DNA from: an uncultured virus (IMG/VR IMGVR_UViG_3300020048_000111) | Lineage: Duplodnaviria > Heunggongvirae > Uroviricota > Caudoviricetes | Direction: 5' to 3' (one strand) | IMG/VR virus record: IMGVR_UViG_3300020048_000111 | Length of the DNA stretch: 64,000 bases | In this document: positions 1 through 9,479 of the stretch, one piece after another | Numbering within the stretch: the first letter of the stretch is position 1 | Layout: each line of letters begins with the position of its first letter | Position numbers and translations under genes: made by a program | Notes under the pieces: generated by a model | The model's database searches: none | What the model saw: only the letters and a program-made list of their open reading frames with translations | What the model was told of the DNA's origin: nothing

Positions 1-40
1 CAAGCCATGCTTCTGCTTTTTCACAATATGATGTTTTCAT
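1..40 (-). CDS. 5' part of a hypothetical protein running off the window (MKTSYCEKAEAWL...)
   Basis: ATG at 40 on the minus strand, open to the window edge, with an A-rich leader; not in the ORF track. Confidence 0.4.
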   Translation of the reverse strand, partial: MKTSYCEKAEAWL

Positions 41-52
41 GATGTTTTGGTT

Positions 53-208
53 TTAGCCTGTTACTAATTGATAATTATGTTTTTCACAATATGCCTGTAT
101 AATAGGCAATCTTACACATCCTATGTATGAATATGTGTAATTAATCGGGTAATTAGCTACTCTCATTTCTACTAATGAGAAAAAGAAACAATGTCTGTCG
201 GTTTTCAT
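53..208 (-). CDS. small hypothetical protein, 51 aa (MKTDRHCFFF...YCEKHNYQLVTG)
   Basis: Hand-translated ORF below the track cut-off; fills the gap between co-oriented genes and has an A-rich leader (AAAAATCAATCAAT). Confidence 0.5.
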   Translation of the reverse strand: MKTDRHCFFFSLVEMRVANYPINYTYSYIGCVRLPIIQAYCEKHNYQLVTG

Positions 209-251
209 ATTGATTGATTTTATTTATTGATTATTTAATTGATTTATTAAT

Positions 252-638
252 TTAAAGTTTTTCCCAAGCTGACCAAAATATTCCTTGTGATTTACCTAAT
301 TCTTCATCATATTTATATCTTTCTTTCCAAGAATTTAGATTAAAACATCCAACAACATCCAAAATGGCTATTGTTCTATGTATTAATTTAGAAAGCTCAT
401 TTTTAACAGATTTAGTTTTTCTATGAGCTCTTTGATACATAGATTCTTGTAATAAACAAGCAGATAGTTCAGCTTTAATACTTCTATCTCTTTCTTCTTG
501 TCTTTCCAATGATGCAACATACCATTTGGATAATTCAGAATAAGAGATATGTTTATCAGCTAAGAGAGTATAGATAATAAATTCTCTTGTATCTTTAGGA
601 GTATCAATTAATGCTTGTAACAGTTCGTTAGATTTCAT
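252..638 (-). CDS. hypothetical phage protein
   Basis: 128-aa ORF in the minus-strand cluster. Confidence 0.75.
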   Translation of the reverse strand: MKSNELLQALIDTPKDTREFIIYTLLADKHISYSELSKWYVASLERQEERDRSIKAELSACLLQESMYQRAHRKTKSVKNELSKLIHRTIAILDVVGCFNLNSWKERYKYDEELGKSQGIFWSAWEKL

Positions 639-727
639 ATTATTTAGTTTTTAAATGACAAATTGATTAAAAAGATAAAAGTGGTGAACGATATTCTGTC
701 CACCACTCTCATCAACCAATCAACCAA

Positions 728-958
728 TCAATATATCGTTTTAGATTCAAAATGACCAATTACAACATCCTTATCAGGAATTAAATCCTTTTTAAGGCAA
801 TAGGAGCTGTGAGAGCCTTTAACAGGTTCTCCCTTGATAGTTACCCTCAAATACAAAATACTATCAACTGACAGCATTCTAATACCTATTACAGGCACTT
901 CAAATCTCCACAATAAGCAGAGGTCTATATAGCGAATGGATTTCCAATAACGTTTCAT
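728..958 (-). CDS. hypothetical phage protein
   Basis: 76-aa ORF starting 2 nt after the stop of 961..1548. Confidence 0.6.
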   Translation of the reverse strand: MKRYWKSIRYIDLCLLWRFEVPVIGIRMLSVDSILYLRVTIKGEPVKGSHSSYCLKKDLIPDKDVVIGHFESKTIY

Positions 959-960
959 AA

Positions 961-1548
961 TTAATCAATAATTTCAACATATGTTAATGAATCAGAAGCG
1001 TAAGAAGGATCATCTATAAATGTACCCTCACAATATGAACTTCCCTTTGGTATAATACATTTAACAAATATATTTGAATCATAATTATGATCAACATCAT
1101 CTTTAGCAGATGCTAATGTTACAAATGAATGAATACCAACATTTACAATCTTTTCACCATCATCATCACATTCTTCTAATATCAAATCAGAAGTATAATT
1201 TTCACCAATATTCACTCTGAATTTCTGATAAGGAGTAATATAACTATCAGGTAATTTTTCTTTACCTATAATACATACATTATGAACCCTATCATCATTT
1301 ATCCAGGAATATGCATATCCATGTTTATCACTTGCATTTGAACCATTTGCTTTAGGTTCATTTGTACAAAAATAAACACATTCACCATATCCTTTTGATA
1401 TTACTCCGGAACACTCTATTCCATTAATTGTAGCAGTGAATTTATCACCATCTTCACAATTTGTAACAAGAACGTTTTTAAGTAATCGTTTGTAGCATGT
1501 TATATTTCTTTTTGCTACCTTTTTTTCACTTGCTTGATTTAAACACAT
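961..1548 (-). CDS. conserved hypothetical Bacteroidota-phage protein
   Basis: MCL..AKRNITCYK, TPYQ, GIHSF and CIIPKGS.Y..G motifs resemble a small-protein family of crAss-like phages (from recall). Confidence 0.7.
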   Translation of the reverse strand: MCLNQASEKKVAKRNITCYKRLLKNVLVTNCEDGDKFTATINGIECSGVISKGYGECVYFCTNEPKANGSNASDKHGYAYSWINDDRVHNVCIIGKEKLPDSYITPYQKFRVNIGENYTSDLILEECDDDGEKIVNVGIHSFVTLASAKDDVDHNYDSNIFVKCIIPKGSSYCEGTFIDDPSYASDSLTYVEIID

Positions 1549-1571
1549 AGTTGATTGGTTTTTAATATTAA

Positions 1572-1778
1572 TTATGGATGGTTTGTTAATATTTTATTAC
1601 AAAAATAAACAGGACAATCTTTTATGATATCTTTTTCTAAATACACATAAAAGGCTACTTCTGATAATACAGTATAATCATCAGGATTCATTCCATTTTC
1701 TCTTGCCCAAGCATAGGCATCCATTATCCAACAATCAAATGATTTGTTGAGATAGACAATATATTGTTTCTTTTCCAC
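1572..1778 (-). CDS. hypothetical phage protein
   Basis: 68-aa ORF with GTG start, co-oriented with neighbours. Confidence 0.55.
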   Translation of the reverse strand: MEKKQYIVYLNKSFDCWIMDAYAWARENGMNPDDYTVLSEVAFYVYLEKDIIKDCPVYFCNKILTNHP

Positions 1779-1887
1779 GATTTCTATTTATTAATTGATT
1801 TTTATGTTTATTGCTATACAGTATGCTACACGAAAAAATGTTCCTCCATATACAATAACATGCATACAGAGGAACAAAGAGAATTAA

Positions 1888-2205
1888 TTATATTTTATGT
1901 ACAAATTTAGAAGGAGTTCTAAATAAACCATCTCCTAATTGAACAACAATATCCTGAAGATAAGAATAATCACTACTAATACATACTCTATTAGTAATAT
2001 TAGTTTCAATTACTTTACCAGTAATCTTTTGAAGATCAATACCCATTCCTGTTAATAATGGATAAGCATTAACAATGTATAATGGTTTATCTTCAGTTTG
2101 ATCCCATACATCACATGATATACCGCTACCATCATGAATTAACACATAATCTCCCTCTTTAATTTTAGGGTCAATGTGCATAGCAACTTTAAATGATTTT
2201 TTCAT
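1888..2205 (-). CDS. hypothetical phage protein
   Basis: 105-aa ORF with A-rich leader. Confidence 0.7.
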   Translation of the reverse strand: MKKSFKVAMHIDPKIKEGDYVLIHDGSGISCDVWDQTEDKPLYIVNAYPLLTGMGIDLQKITGKVIETNITNRVCISSDYSYLQDIVVQLGDGLFRTPSKFVHKI

Positions 2206-2346
2206 AACATATTGATTTTAATTGGTTTGGTTTCCTAAAATAGAATCGAACTGTAAATGATTACCCAATATAATCATCTTAGCCATAAAGAGGAAAAGAA
2301 TTCACCCTCAACAACATTATGTATATTGGGTGAACTCAAAGAAAGA

Positions 2347-2658
2347 TTAACCTTTCATTAACCATTCTTTTATAAGACTAATAACTTCCTCATATGATTT
2401 ACCTACTAACGTAAAGTATATAGATGTACCATCTTCTGAAGTTTCAGTTGTATTTAAAGAATAGTTAAATAATTGATTATTTCGGAATGAAAGTGTGCTT
2501 ATAATAATACTACCTATTGATAGACTATAATCTTCTGCATGATAAGGATTTACTGCAATTAAGTTTTTAGCAGTTCCTTTATACCCACTTGCTGCATTAG
2601 GATTATCATATGTTTTTACTATTTTTAACATAATGAATAAGTTTTTGAGTTTAAGCAT
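2347..2658 (-). CDS. hypothetical phage protein (true start may be the ATG near 2631)
   Basis: 103-aa ORF followed by a hairpin at about 2301-2334. Confidence 0.6.
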   Translation of the reverse strand: MLKLKNLFIMLKIVKTYDNPNAASGYKGTAKNLIAVNPYHAEDYSLSIGSIIISTLSFRNNQLFNYSLNTTETSEDGTSIYFTLVGKSYEEVISLIKEWLMKG

Positions 2659-2958
2659 CGTATAGACCTAATCCTATATACATAGAACTAACAACATTAT
2701 TTGTTATGCACTCAATTTAAGCAAAGAATTATCCTTTATATCAAAAGGAATAAATAATAACACCAAAGAAACACACCCATAATATCCCCTACTATAATAA
2801 CAACTAATAATAAAACATACACTACTAATATATCATCTAATGCTATAACAAACACAAGTATAATGAAATAAGAAGATTGTAATAATATCCTTTTAATGAG
2901 AAGAGGATATGTCTACAACATTATTATACCATCATTTTGATATCATTTTAACATCATA

Positions 2959-3183
2959 TTATCTCCTGAAACCCTTGCTACGCTTGATAAGTGACACATT
3001 AGCCCAAATACAATATTCTTTAGTATCATAGACACTATTATTAGTTAAATGCCTGCTTATTGTAATAACATTAACCCCAATATGGTGTGCTAATGTGGTT
3101 TTATGATAGCATAGTATAACACTATTATCATCTTTATTAAGGCAAATATAGTGTTTTCTAACCTGTTTTATAGCCTTTTTCAT
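2959..3183 (-). CDS. small basic protein, possibly HTH-like DNA binding
   Basis: KTTLAHHIGVNVITISRHL resembles a helix-turn-helix. Confidence 0.55.
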   Translation of the reverse strand: MKKAIKQVRKHYICLNKDDNSVILCYHKTTLAHHIGVNVITISRHLTNNSVYDTKEYCIWANVSLIKRSKGFRR

Positions 3184-3219
3184 GGTAAATGTATTGTTTG
3201 AGTACTAAGTGAAACACTA

Positions 3220-3227
3220 CAAATGTA
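3220..3227 (-). promoter_or_regulatory. Bacteroidota sigma-A -7 element TACATTTG for 2959..3183
   Basis: Matches the TAnnTTTG consensus about 37 nt upstream of the ATG. Confidence 0.45.
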
Positions 3228-3269
3228 CAACATATCTTTCTATATTATACAAAGGAACATCATACACCT

Positions 3270-3682
3270 TATTATATATAAAGGAATAGAGTGGGAAGGA
3301 AATATAATTGCCCAACCCACTCATGAAAACTTAATACATATAATAAGGAACGCGCGTACATTATATTATATACATATAATTGTTAGCCTATCGCCTGTAA
3401 GTTTATTATTGATTAATACCCTTTCTGATGTAGCTTTCAATGCTAATGTATCATCACTATGCACTTTATTATCCTGACAATCCTTTGGACATAATTGATT
3501 GAACACATCTCTTGATACAATGTATTCATAATATAAGTTCACAGGCATTTGATATGTTCCATTGTAGTGAAACTCTCTGTCAAAATATTTTTTGGTTAAT
3601 TCAACTGTTGTCATAATATAAGGTATTAGTAAATGATTAAACAATGTAAGCACAAATGCATTCTATTATATATAAAGGAATA
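3270..3682. repeat. 19-bp direct repeat TATTATATATAAAGGAATA at 3270-3288 and 3664-3682
   Basis: Identical copies in two intergenic gaps, each next to a hairpin. Confidence 0.8.
3366..3653 (-). CDS. hypothetical phage protein (start may be near 3614)
   Basis: 95-aa ORF in the minus-strand cluster. Confidence 0.55.
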   Translation of the reverse strand: MLTLFNHLLIPYIMTTVELTKKYFDREFHYNGTYQMPVNLYYEYIVSRDVFNQLCPKDCQDNKVHSDDTLALKATSERVLINNKLTGDRLTIICI

Positions 3683-3730
3683 ACAACAAAATGAGTGAGC
3701 AATATTAAATGAATAATATCGCCCACCCAT
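3683..3730 (-). terminator. intrinsic terminator after 3781..4173
   Basis: On the minus strand ATGGGTGGGCGATATTA pairs with TAATATTGCTCACTCAT (17 bp with three G:U pairs) and is followed by TTTTGTTGTT. Confidence 0.7.
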
Positions 3731-3780
3731 AAGGTCATTAGACCCACCCTATATATGAAAAGGGGATTGCTCCCCCTTTC

Positions 3781-4173
3781 TTAGAATGCTACCAATGCTT
3801 CATAACTTGCTGTAGGCTCTGCCTTAAGTACTGCAAGAGTGAAATCCTCAAGATCAATAGCCTCTCCCTTTGGTCTGCTAATGTAATTGCCTCCATTCTC
3901 TCCCTCTATAATGTCAAGGTTGATGATTGAAGCCAGGCATTGTTTTGCTGTAGCACCATTACCCAAAGCTTTCCTGATGATTGCTGTTAATGATTTACTG
4001 CAGGTGGCTGTTGCTGATGTACCGTCTTTCTTCTGAACTACCACTGCCAATTGTCCTGTGGTATTTTGCATTGATTTGTTTGTGAAGCGGAATTTACTGC
4101 CTGCTCCTCCAATGGTTGCTAATGTACCAATGCTTTCTAATTCTGCACTTTCATAAACTTTAAACTTTAACAT
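3781..4173 (-). CDS. hypothetical protein, first gene of the leftward block
   Basis: 130-aa ORF followed by a GGGG-N6-CCCC hairpin at about 3761-3774. Confidence 0.75.
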   Translation of the reverse strand: MLKFKVYESAELESIGTLATIGGAGSKFRFTNKSMQNTTGQLAVVVQKKDGTSATATCSKSLTAIIRKALGNGATAKQCLASIINLDIIEGENGGNYISRPKGEAIDLEDFTLAVLKAEPTASYEALVAF

Positions 4174-4296
4174 TTTGTTGTGTATTAATTGTTACGGGGA
4201 ATAGCCCCCACTTGTTTTTTTCTTGCGGGGGGTTGATTGGGTGGTGAACAATGTATCTACCTACATAAAAGAAAAAAAATTTTGAAAAAATTATTT

Positions 4297-4327
4297 TTTG
4301 TAAATTAGAAAATATCCCCTACCTTTG
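4297..4327 (+). promoter_or_regulatory. Bacteroidota sigma-A promoter (TTTG-N19-TACCTTTG)
   Basis: Exact -33 and -7 consensus with canonical spacing upstream of 4344. Confidence 0.7.
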
Positions 4328-4343
4328 TAGAAAATTTAAACCA

Positions 4344-5195
4344 ATGAAAACATTTAAAAATTATTCAGGAATCTACCTGATTACAAACCTCTTAACCAAA
4401 AAAGTCTATGTTGGCTCCTCTAAAGGATGCATGCGAAGAATGCAAACCCATAGAAATAAGTTAAGAGCAAATAAGCATTGTAACTCTCATCTTCAAAATG
4501 CTTGGAATTTACAAAATGGGGAACATTTCAGTTATAGTGTAATTGAACAAACATCTCCTCTATTAACTAAGCAGGAGTTAGAAAAGATAGAAACAAAATG
4601 GATATTGTATTATAAAGCACATCAGAGTGCATTTGGATACAATGCCACACTACCTGGTTCTATTCCTTTGTATAGGGAAGAAGAAAATAGGACAAGGAAA
4701 CCACTTATAGAATATGTGTACATAAATATTTCTACAGGAGAAATAGGAGAAAGTGTTGGAACAGAAAAATTGTGTAATATTATGAACACAAGAAGTTCTA
4801 AAATTATAGATGCTGCTGCTTATTGGGAGGGGAAAGGTAAGATAAAATCTTTGCATGGATATATAGTAGTTAGGAAAGAAACTTATTTAGAAGATTTTGA
4901 TTACATTGGATATAAAAGGAAAAGAATCTACACCAAGCCTAAAACAACTAAAACGTGGAAAGATTATGTTCGTAAACCATACATCAAAAAATCTCCTAAA
5001 GATATAATTCCTCATTCTGAAAGAAACTTAAAACGTATTCCTATAATTGCTGTTAACATATCTACAGGAGAAGAAAAACAATATGCATCTATTAAGGAGG
5101 CTTCTGATGAATTTATGGAAATGAAAGTAAGGAAATGTGTTAATGCCCCTTTTGGTAAATATAAACATAGAGGATTCTATTTCAGAAAGGCTTGA
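4344..5195 (+). CDS. GIY-YIG homing endonuclease with C-terminal NUMOD1-like repeats
   Basis: GIYLITN...VYVGSS..R...H..L...KH.N..LQNAWN motif; C-terminal IAVNISTGEEKQYASIKEAS. Confidence 0.9.
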   Translation: MKTFKNYSGIYLITNLLTKKVYVGSSKGCMRRMQTHRNKLRANKHCNSHLQNAWNLQNGEHFSYSVIEQTSPLLTKQELEKIETKWILYYKAHQSAFGYNATLPGSIPLYREEENRTRKPLIEYVYINISTGEIGESVGTEKLCNIMNTRSSKIIDAAAYWEGKGKIKSLHGYIVVRKETYLEDFDYIGYKRKRIYTKPKTTKTWKDYVRKPYIKKSPKDIIPHSERNLKRIPIIAVNISTGEEKQYASIKEASDEFMEMKVRKCVNAPFGKYKHRGFYFRKA

Positions 5196-5251
5196 ATATT
5201 CCCATCCGGAGGAGAATCTATCCCACGCAAAAAATAAAAACAAAAAATAAA

Positions 5252-5293
5252 AAAATAATCATGTTGATTATTTTCATTTCTTGCATATCTTTG
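5252..5293 (+). promoter_or_regulatory. sigma-A promoter (TTG-N19-TATCTTTG) overlapped by the palindrome AAAATAATC-N5-GATTATTTT
   Basis: -7 element at 5286-5293; a perfect 9-bp inverted repeat at 5252-5274 covers the -33 region. Confidence 0.65.
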
Positions 5294-5315
5294 TACAAAC
5301 CAAAACTACATATTA

Positions 5316-5663
5316 ATGGAAACAAAGGGGATATTACAACAGCTTTCTTTTAAGGGGGATAAGTTTCTCCTGGCTGAGAAGTATTATAATGTGCTTTCTG
5401 TATTAAACAATCTCCATTTAACAGAAAGGGAAATACAGCTTGTTGCATTTGCTGCCATACGTGGCAATATGTCTTATGCAAATATAAGGGAGGATTTTTG
5501 TAAGAAGTTTCAGACAAGTTCCCCTACAATAAATAATATGATAAGTAAGTTGAAGAAGTGTCATGTGTTTATTAAGGAGGGGGGAAAGGTGAAGGTAAAT
5601 CCTGTTATATTGCTTGATTTTGAGAAAGAGATTGTTTTACGAATAACATTGAAACATGTATAA
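5316..5663 (+). CDS. winged-helix DNA-binding protein (RepL-like)
   Basis: LTEREIQL...SSPTINNMISKLKK..VF....KVKVNP wHTH pattern; typical position upstream of crAss-like TerL. Confidence 0.7.
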   Translation: METKGILQQLSFKGDKFLLAEKYYNVLSVLNNLHLTEREIQLVAFAAIRGNMSYANIREDFCKKFQTSSPTINNMISKLKKCHVFIKEGGKVKVNPVILLDFEKEIVLRITLKHV

Positions 5664-6012
5664 TAAGGAAGACAAGCCTCAGTCAATGACATTAAAGGAA
5701 TGGATAATCAGGAATATGTCTACAAGGATGAATATTCAGGAGAGGATAATTGAGAGTGTGGTTAATCATCAATTCAGTAGTGCATTGGATGCTATAAAGG
5801 AAGATAAGGAAACCATTGAGTTTTCAGGTTTTGGGAAGTTTTGTTTTAACAGGAAGAAGGTGAATAAGAAAATGCAGAAGATGTTGGCTATGAAGGAGCA
5901 ATTAGAGGAATACATGAATGATGAAAATAGTACACCCCAAAGAAAACATACATGTGCAATGAAATTAGTTACATTGAATAAAGACATTGAATTACTAAAA
6001 CCAAAATTGTAA
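5656..6012 (+). CDS. HU/IHF-like DNA-binding protein
   Basis: IEFSGFGKF motif preceded by a helical N-terminus. Confidence 0.7.
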   Translation: MYNKEDKPQSMTLKEWIIRNMSTRMNIQERIIESVVNHQFSSALDAIKEDKETIEFSGFGKFCFNRKKVNKKMQKMLAMKEQLEEYMNDENSTPQRKHTCAMKLVTLNKDIELLKPKL

Positions 6013-6015
6013 ACT

Positions 6016-6315
6016 ATGTTAGACATTGAAAAATTATTGGAAGGATGGAGGAATAATTTATTCCCACCTTCACATCTAAAGGAAATAATAAAAAGAGTGA
6101 GTGAAGAAAGAATGGCTATATGTGAGCAATGTTCTTTTCATTCTAAATTTCATAAAACCTACAGACCAGATGCTCATTGTACAGATTGCCTTTGTACACT
6201 TTCTGCAAAGACAAAATGCTTGTCGTGTGAATGTCCTTTACCAAGTCCTAAATGGGAAGCTGTTATAACAGAAGAAGAAGAAGCCTATATTAATGAAGAA
6301 GAGCCCCTCGTATAA
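6016..6315 (+). CDS. Cys-rich zinc-binding protein
   Basis: RMAICEQC...CTDCLC.L.AKTKC..CECP...KW. Confidence 0.7.
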   Translation: MLDIEKLLEGWRNNLFPPSHLKEIIKRVSEERMAICEQCSFHSKFHKTYRPDAHCTDCLCTLSAKTKCLSCECPLPSPKWEAVITEEEEAYINEEEPLV

Positions 6316-6520
6316 CATAAGAAAAATAGCCCTTGAAGAATTGATAGATATTCTTATGGATATTTATGATCAGGGATATGAATTTATTGATATAGAGGTG
6401 TTAAAAGATTCTCCCCAGGATGTGATAAATATTAAGGTGAAGGAAGAGTATTTTGATGAAAGTAATTTAATGATGGGTTTTAGTGAATTTACAACAGATG
6501 AATTAAAGCAACTAATATAA
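6293..6520 (+). CDS. hypothetical acidic protein
   Basis: 75-aa ORF overlapping both neighbours. Confidence 0.65.
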   Translation: MKKSPSYNIRKIALEELIDILMDIYDQGYEFIDIEVLKDSPQDVINIKVKEEYFDESNLMMGFSEFTTDELKQLI

Positions 6521-6855
6521 TGGCAAAGACAACTAACAAAGATACATATATTAATACAGAACTTTCTTGGGCCAACGAGCAATTACAGAGTTGGAGAGCC
6601 TATATAGATGCACATCCTCTTCATACTATGACTGACAGGATTGAATGGAAACCTACAGCAAAAGGAGGAATGTTGCCTATGGTGATTGCTTCTATTGAAG
6701 CACAGGGAAAGTTTATACAGGAGACAATGAAGAATTACCTTGCTCTTCTTGAGGTGGTAGATAAATTAAGGGAGAAGGAAGAGAATAAGGTGGAGGTGAG
6801 GGGTAAAGCAAAATTAGGTACACAGGCACAACAATTTTTAGATAATAGAAAATAA
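6520..6855 (+). CDS. conserved hypothetical protein, possible terminase small subunit
   Basis: Abuts TerL; helical; the function is inferred from position only. Confidence 0.5.
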   Translation: MAKTTNKDTYINTELSWANEQLQSWRAYIDAHPLHTMTDRIEWKPTAKGGMLPMVIASIEAQGKFIQETMKNYLALLEVVDKLREKEENKVEVRGKAKLGTQAQQFLDNRK

Positions 6856-8880
6856 ATGAACGGTATACAGAATATAGATTATAGGGATTGGTATATTAAT
6901 CAGAAACGTATTCCTGATAATACATCTGATGAGTATACTGATTTTTTTAATTACCATAAAGAGTTATGTCTAAATGGAGCTATGATGGATGGTGTGTTCA
7001 TTAATCCATTTTTGTATTTTCATTTGAATTTTTGGCATACAGAGGTGGATATACTAGATGAGCGTGGAAGAATAAATCAGAAATATGCTTGTCCTTATTT
7101 AAGGGATAATGAATGGATAGTAACAAACGAAATTGAAAGAGCACATAATGAAAAGAAAGGTTTAGTAATAGGAGGGATAAGAAGACTGGCAAAATCCGTA
7201 ATTGAGGCAAGTTATATAGGATGGGGAGCTACCTTTGATGAAAACTCACAGAATGTTATTGCTGGACTTAATTCTCCTGATATAAAACTAATAACGGATA
7301 AATTAGATAAAGGGCTTAACTTTCTTCCTGAAGCATGGAGATGGCAGAGAGTAGAGGATAATTGGAAGAATCAGGTTACACTTGGAATTAAAACAAAGAT
7401 AGGGGAAAGAATTCCTTTTTCTCAAATCCTTATAAGAAACTTAGCAGATGGAGTAAATGAAGAGGCTATAGCTGGTACAAAACCAAGGAAACTTATTATT
7501 GATGAAGGGGGAAAAGGAAGTTTTCTTAGGGCATTACAAGCTGCTACTCCTGGATTTACTACACCTTTTGGTTGGACATGTTCCCCTATTATTACATTCA
7601 CCGGAGGAGATATGACTAAGTTTATGGATGCAAAGAGTTTAATGTTTGATGTAGATAATTATAATTTCCTTACTTATAAGAATGAGAAAGATCAGTCAAG
7701 AGTTCATGGATTATTCATGTCCTATAAATATAGGATGGAAGCTAAAGACCTTTCTACATTAGGGAATTTCCTTGATAAATCTGCAGACAGTCCATTGAAT
7801 AAAGTTCCAATGTGGGTAGGAAATGAAGAGAAAGCATTACAAATTACAAATGATAGTCTTACACGATTAAAGAAAGCAGGAGATAGAGTAGCTTATTTAA
7901 AGGAAAAGATGTATTATCCTATAGATGTAGATGATATTTTTTCTAATGAAGACACAAATATTTTTGATATTGAAGCATGTAAAAGACAAAAAGCTAAACT
8001 TCTTGCCAATGAAAGAACAGGTACTCCTGTAATATTATATGAAGAGGATGGAAAGGTGAGGCATGAGTTTACAGATAAGCTTCCTATTTCAAATTTCCCT
8101 TTAAAACCTACAGATAATAAAGATGCTCCTGTTGTAATATATGAATTTCCCCCTGAGAATCCTCCATATGGATTATTTACTGCTGGTGTAGATAGTTATC
8201 GTCAGGGACAAGCTAGATATAGTGAATCCCTTGGTACTGTATATATTTATAAAAGAATGCATAATATTGTGGGGGAGGGTTATCAGGATATGTTTGTTGC
8301 CTCTTATGCAGCAAGGCCGGATAAAAAAGATAAATGGGAGGAACAAGCAAGACTTTTAATCAAATATTATAATGCAAGAGCTCTTGTTGAAAATGATGAA
8401 ATATCCTTTATTGATTATATGGTATCAAAAGGAGATGCTCGTTACTTAGAAAAACAACCTGAATGGATAAAAGAAATAGTACCTAATACAACAGTGACAA
8501 GAGATTATGGTATACATAGGAGTGCTGAAAAAATTAGAAATTTCTTACATACTTCTTATAAGAAATATCAGGAAGAAATTTATCTATTAGAAAAGGATGA
8601 AGAAGGGAATGTTACAAAACAAATAACAGGAGTGAATAAAATCCTTGATCCTATGCTTCTTGAAGAAACTATACAATATAATGAAACAGACAACTTTGAT
8701 AGAATTGTGGCTGCAGAACTTGCTATTGTGCAAGCTCTAAAAATGGATAGTATTATAGGTAGAATAAATGGAGAAGATGATGCACGAATAAAATCATTAT
8801 ACAAAACCAAATCAACAAGAACATTATTTCCTACATCAAGAGGAATGTTCAATAAACAAAAAAACAAACTATTTACATAA
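6856..8880 (+). CDS. terL: terminase large subunit
   Basis: Walker A-like RRLAKS, Walker B LIIDEGG, nuclease motifs AGVDSY, ALVEN and NFDRIVA. Confidence 0.93.
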   Translation: MNGIQNIDYRDWYINQKRIPDNTSDEYTDFFNYHKELCLNGAMMDGVFINPFLYFHLNFWHTEVDILDERGRINQKYACPYLRDNEWIVTNEIERAHNEKKGLVIGGIRRLAKSVIEASYIGWGATFDENSQNVIAGLNSPDIKLITDKLDKGLNFLPEAWRWQRVEDNWKNQVTLGIKTKIGERIPFSQILIRNLADGVNEEAIAGTKPRKLIIDEGGKGSFLRALQAATPGFTTPFGWTCSPIITFTGGDMTKFMDAKSLMFDVDNYNFLTYKNEKDQSRVHGLFMSYKYRMEAKDLSTLGNFLDKSADSPLNKVPMWVGNEEKALQITNDSLTRLKKAGDRVAYLKEKMYYPIDVDDIFSNEDTNIFDIEACKRQKAKLLANERTGTPVILYEEDGKVRHEFTDKLPISNFPLKPTDNKDAPVVIYEFPPENPPYGLFTAGVDSYRQGQARYSESLGTVYIYKRMHNIVGEGYQDMFVASYAARPDKKDKWEEQARLLIKYYNARALVENDEISFIDYMVSKGDARYLEKQPEWIKEIVPNTTVTRDYGIHRSAEKIRNFLHTSYKKYQEEIYLLEKDEEGNVTKQITGVNKILDPMLLEETIQYNETDNFDRIVAAELAIVQALKMDSIIGRINGEDDARIKSLYKTKSTRTLFPTSRGMFNKQKNKLFT

Positions 8881-9458
8881 TGAAAAGAGATAAAATCTAT
8901 GGAGTAGGTATTGTAGGAGAAGGAAAATATAGTGCAGGAGCAGGTAAAAGAAATAAGCATACAAAGCAATATAGTACATGGCATAGTATGCTTAAAAGAT
9001 GTTATAATAAAGAAGAACACAAAGTAAATCCAAGTTATATAGGATGTACAGTATGTAATGAATGGGTAAATTTACAAAGTTTTGGAGAGTGGTTTGATAA
9101 ACATTATATAGATGGGTATCAATTGGATAAAGACTTATTAATAAAAGGAAATAAAGTGTATAGTCCTGAAACTTGTTGTTTTGTTCCTCAGGAAATAAAC
9201 CTTGCCATTATAAAACCAATGAAAAAGAGAAAACTTCCTTTAGGTGTATATAAAAACCATAATAAATTTGTTACACATATTAAGGTAAATAAGATATCTA
9301 CATACAAAGGAATTTTCTCAACTATAATAGAAGCAGCAGAATGTTATAAAAGAGAGAAAGAGAAACAACTTGCAGAATTAGCAATAAAATATAATAATAC
9401 AATTTCAGATACTACTTATAATGCTTTATTGAATTATAGAGTAGACATAGAAAATTAA
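8880..9458 (+). CDS. HNH-type homing endonuclease with AP2-like C-terminus
   Basis: YSTWHSMLKRCY...GCTVCNEW...QLDKDLL.KGNKVYSPETCCFVP...N signature; inserted between terL and portal. Confidence 0.85.
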   Translation: MKRDKIYGVGIVGEGKYSAGAGKRNKHTKQYSTWHSMLKRCYNKEEHKVNPSYIGCTVCNEWVNLQSFGEWFDKHYIDGYQLDKDLLIKGNKVYSPETCCFVPQEINLAIIKPMKKRKLPLGVYKNHNKFVTHIKVNKISTYKGIFSTIIEAAECYKREKEKQLAELAIKYNNTISDTTYNALLNYRVDIEN

Positions 9459-9479
9459 TCATACTTAAAAACACCAATC

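Noticed and set aside
17..93. 14-bp direct repeat TTTTTCACAATATG at 17-30 and 80-93
   Set aside because: Both copies lie in small ORFs and encode YCEK; two AT-rich copies are too little to assign a function
2700..2950. Hydrophobic-looking minus-strand reading frame in a strongly skewed region
   Set aside because: No convincing start codon was found; it is more likely low-complexity non-coding DNA
3223..3477. 84-aa plus-strand ORF
   Set aside because: It runs opposite to the local gene direction, overlaps 3366..3653 and spans repeats and hairpins
2300..3730. CRISPR or mini-array in the repeat-rich early region
   Set aside because: The repeats are short, few and irregularly spaced, with genes between them
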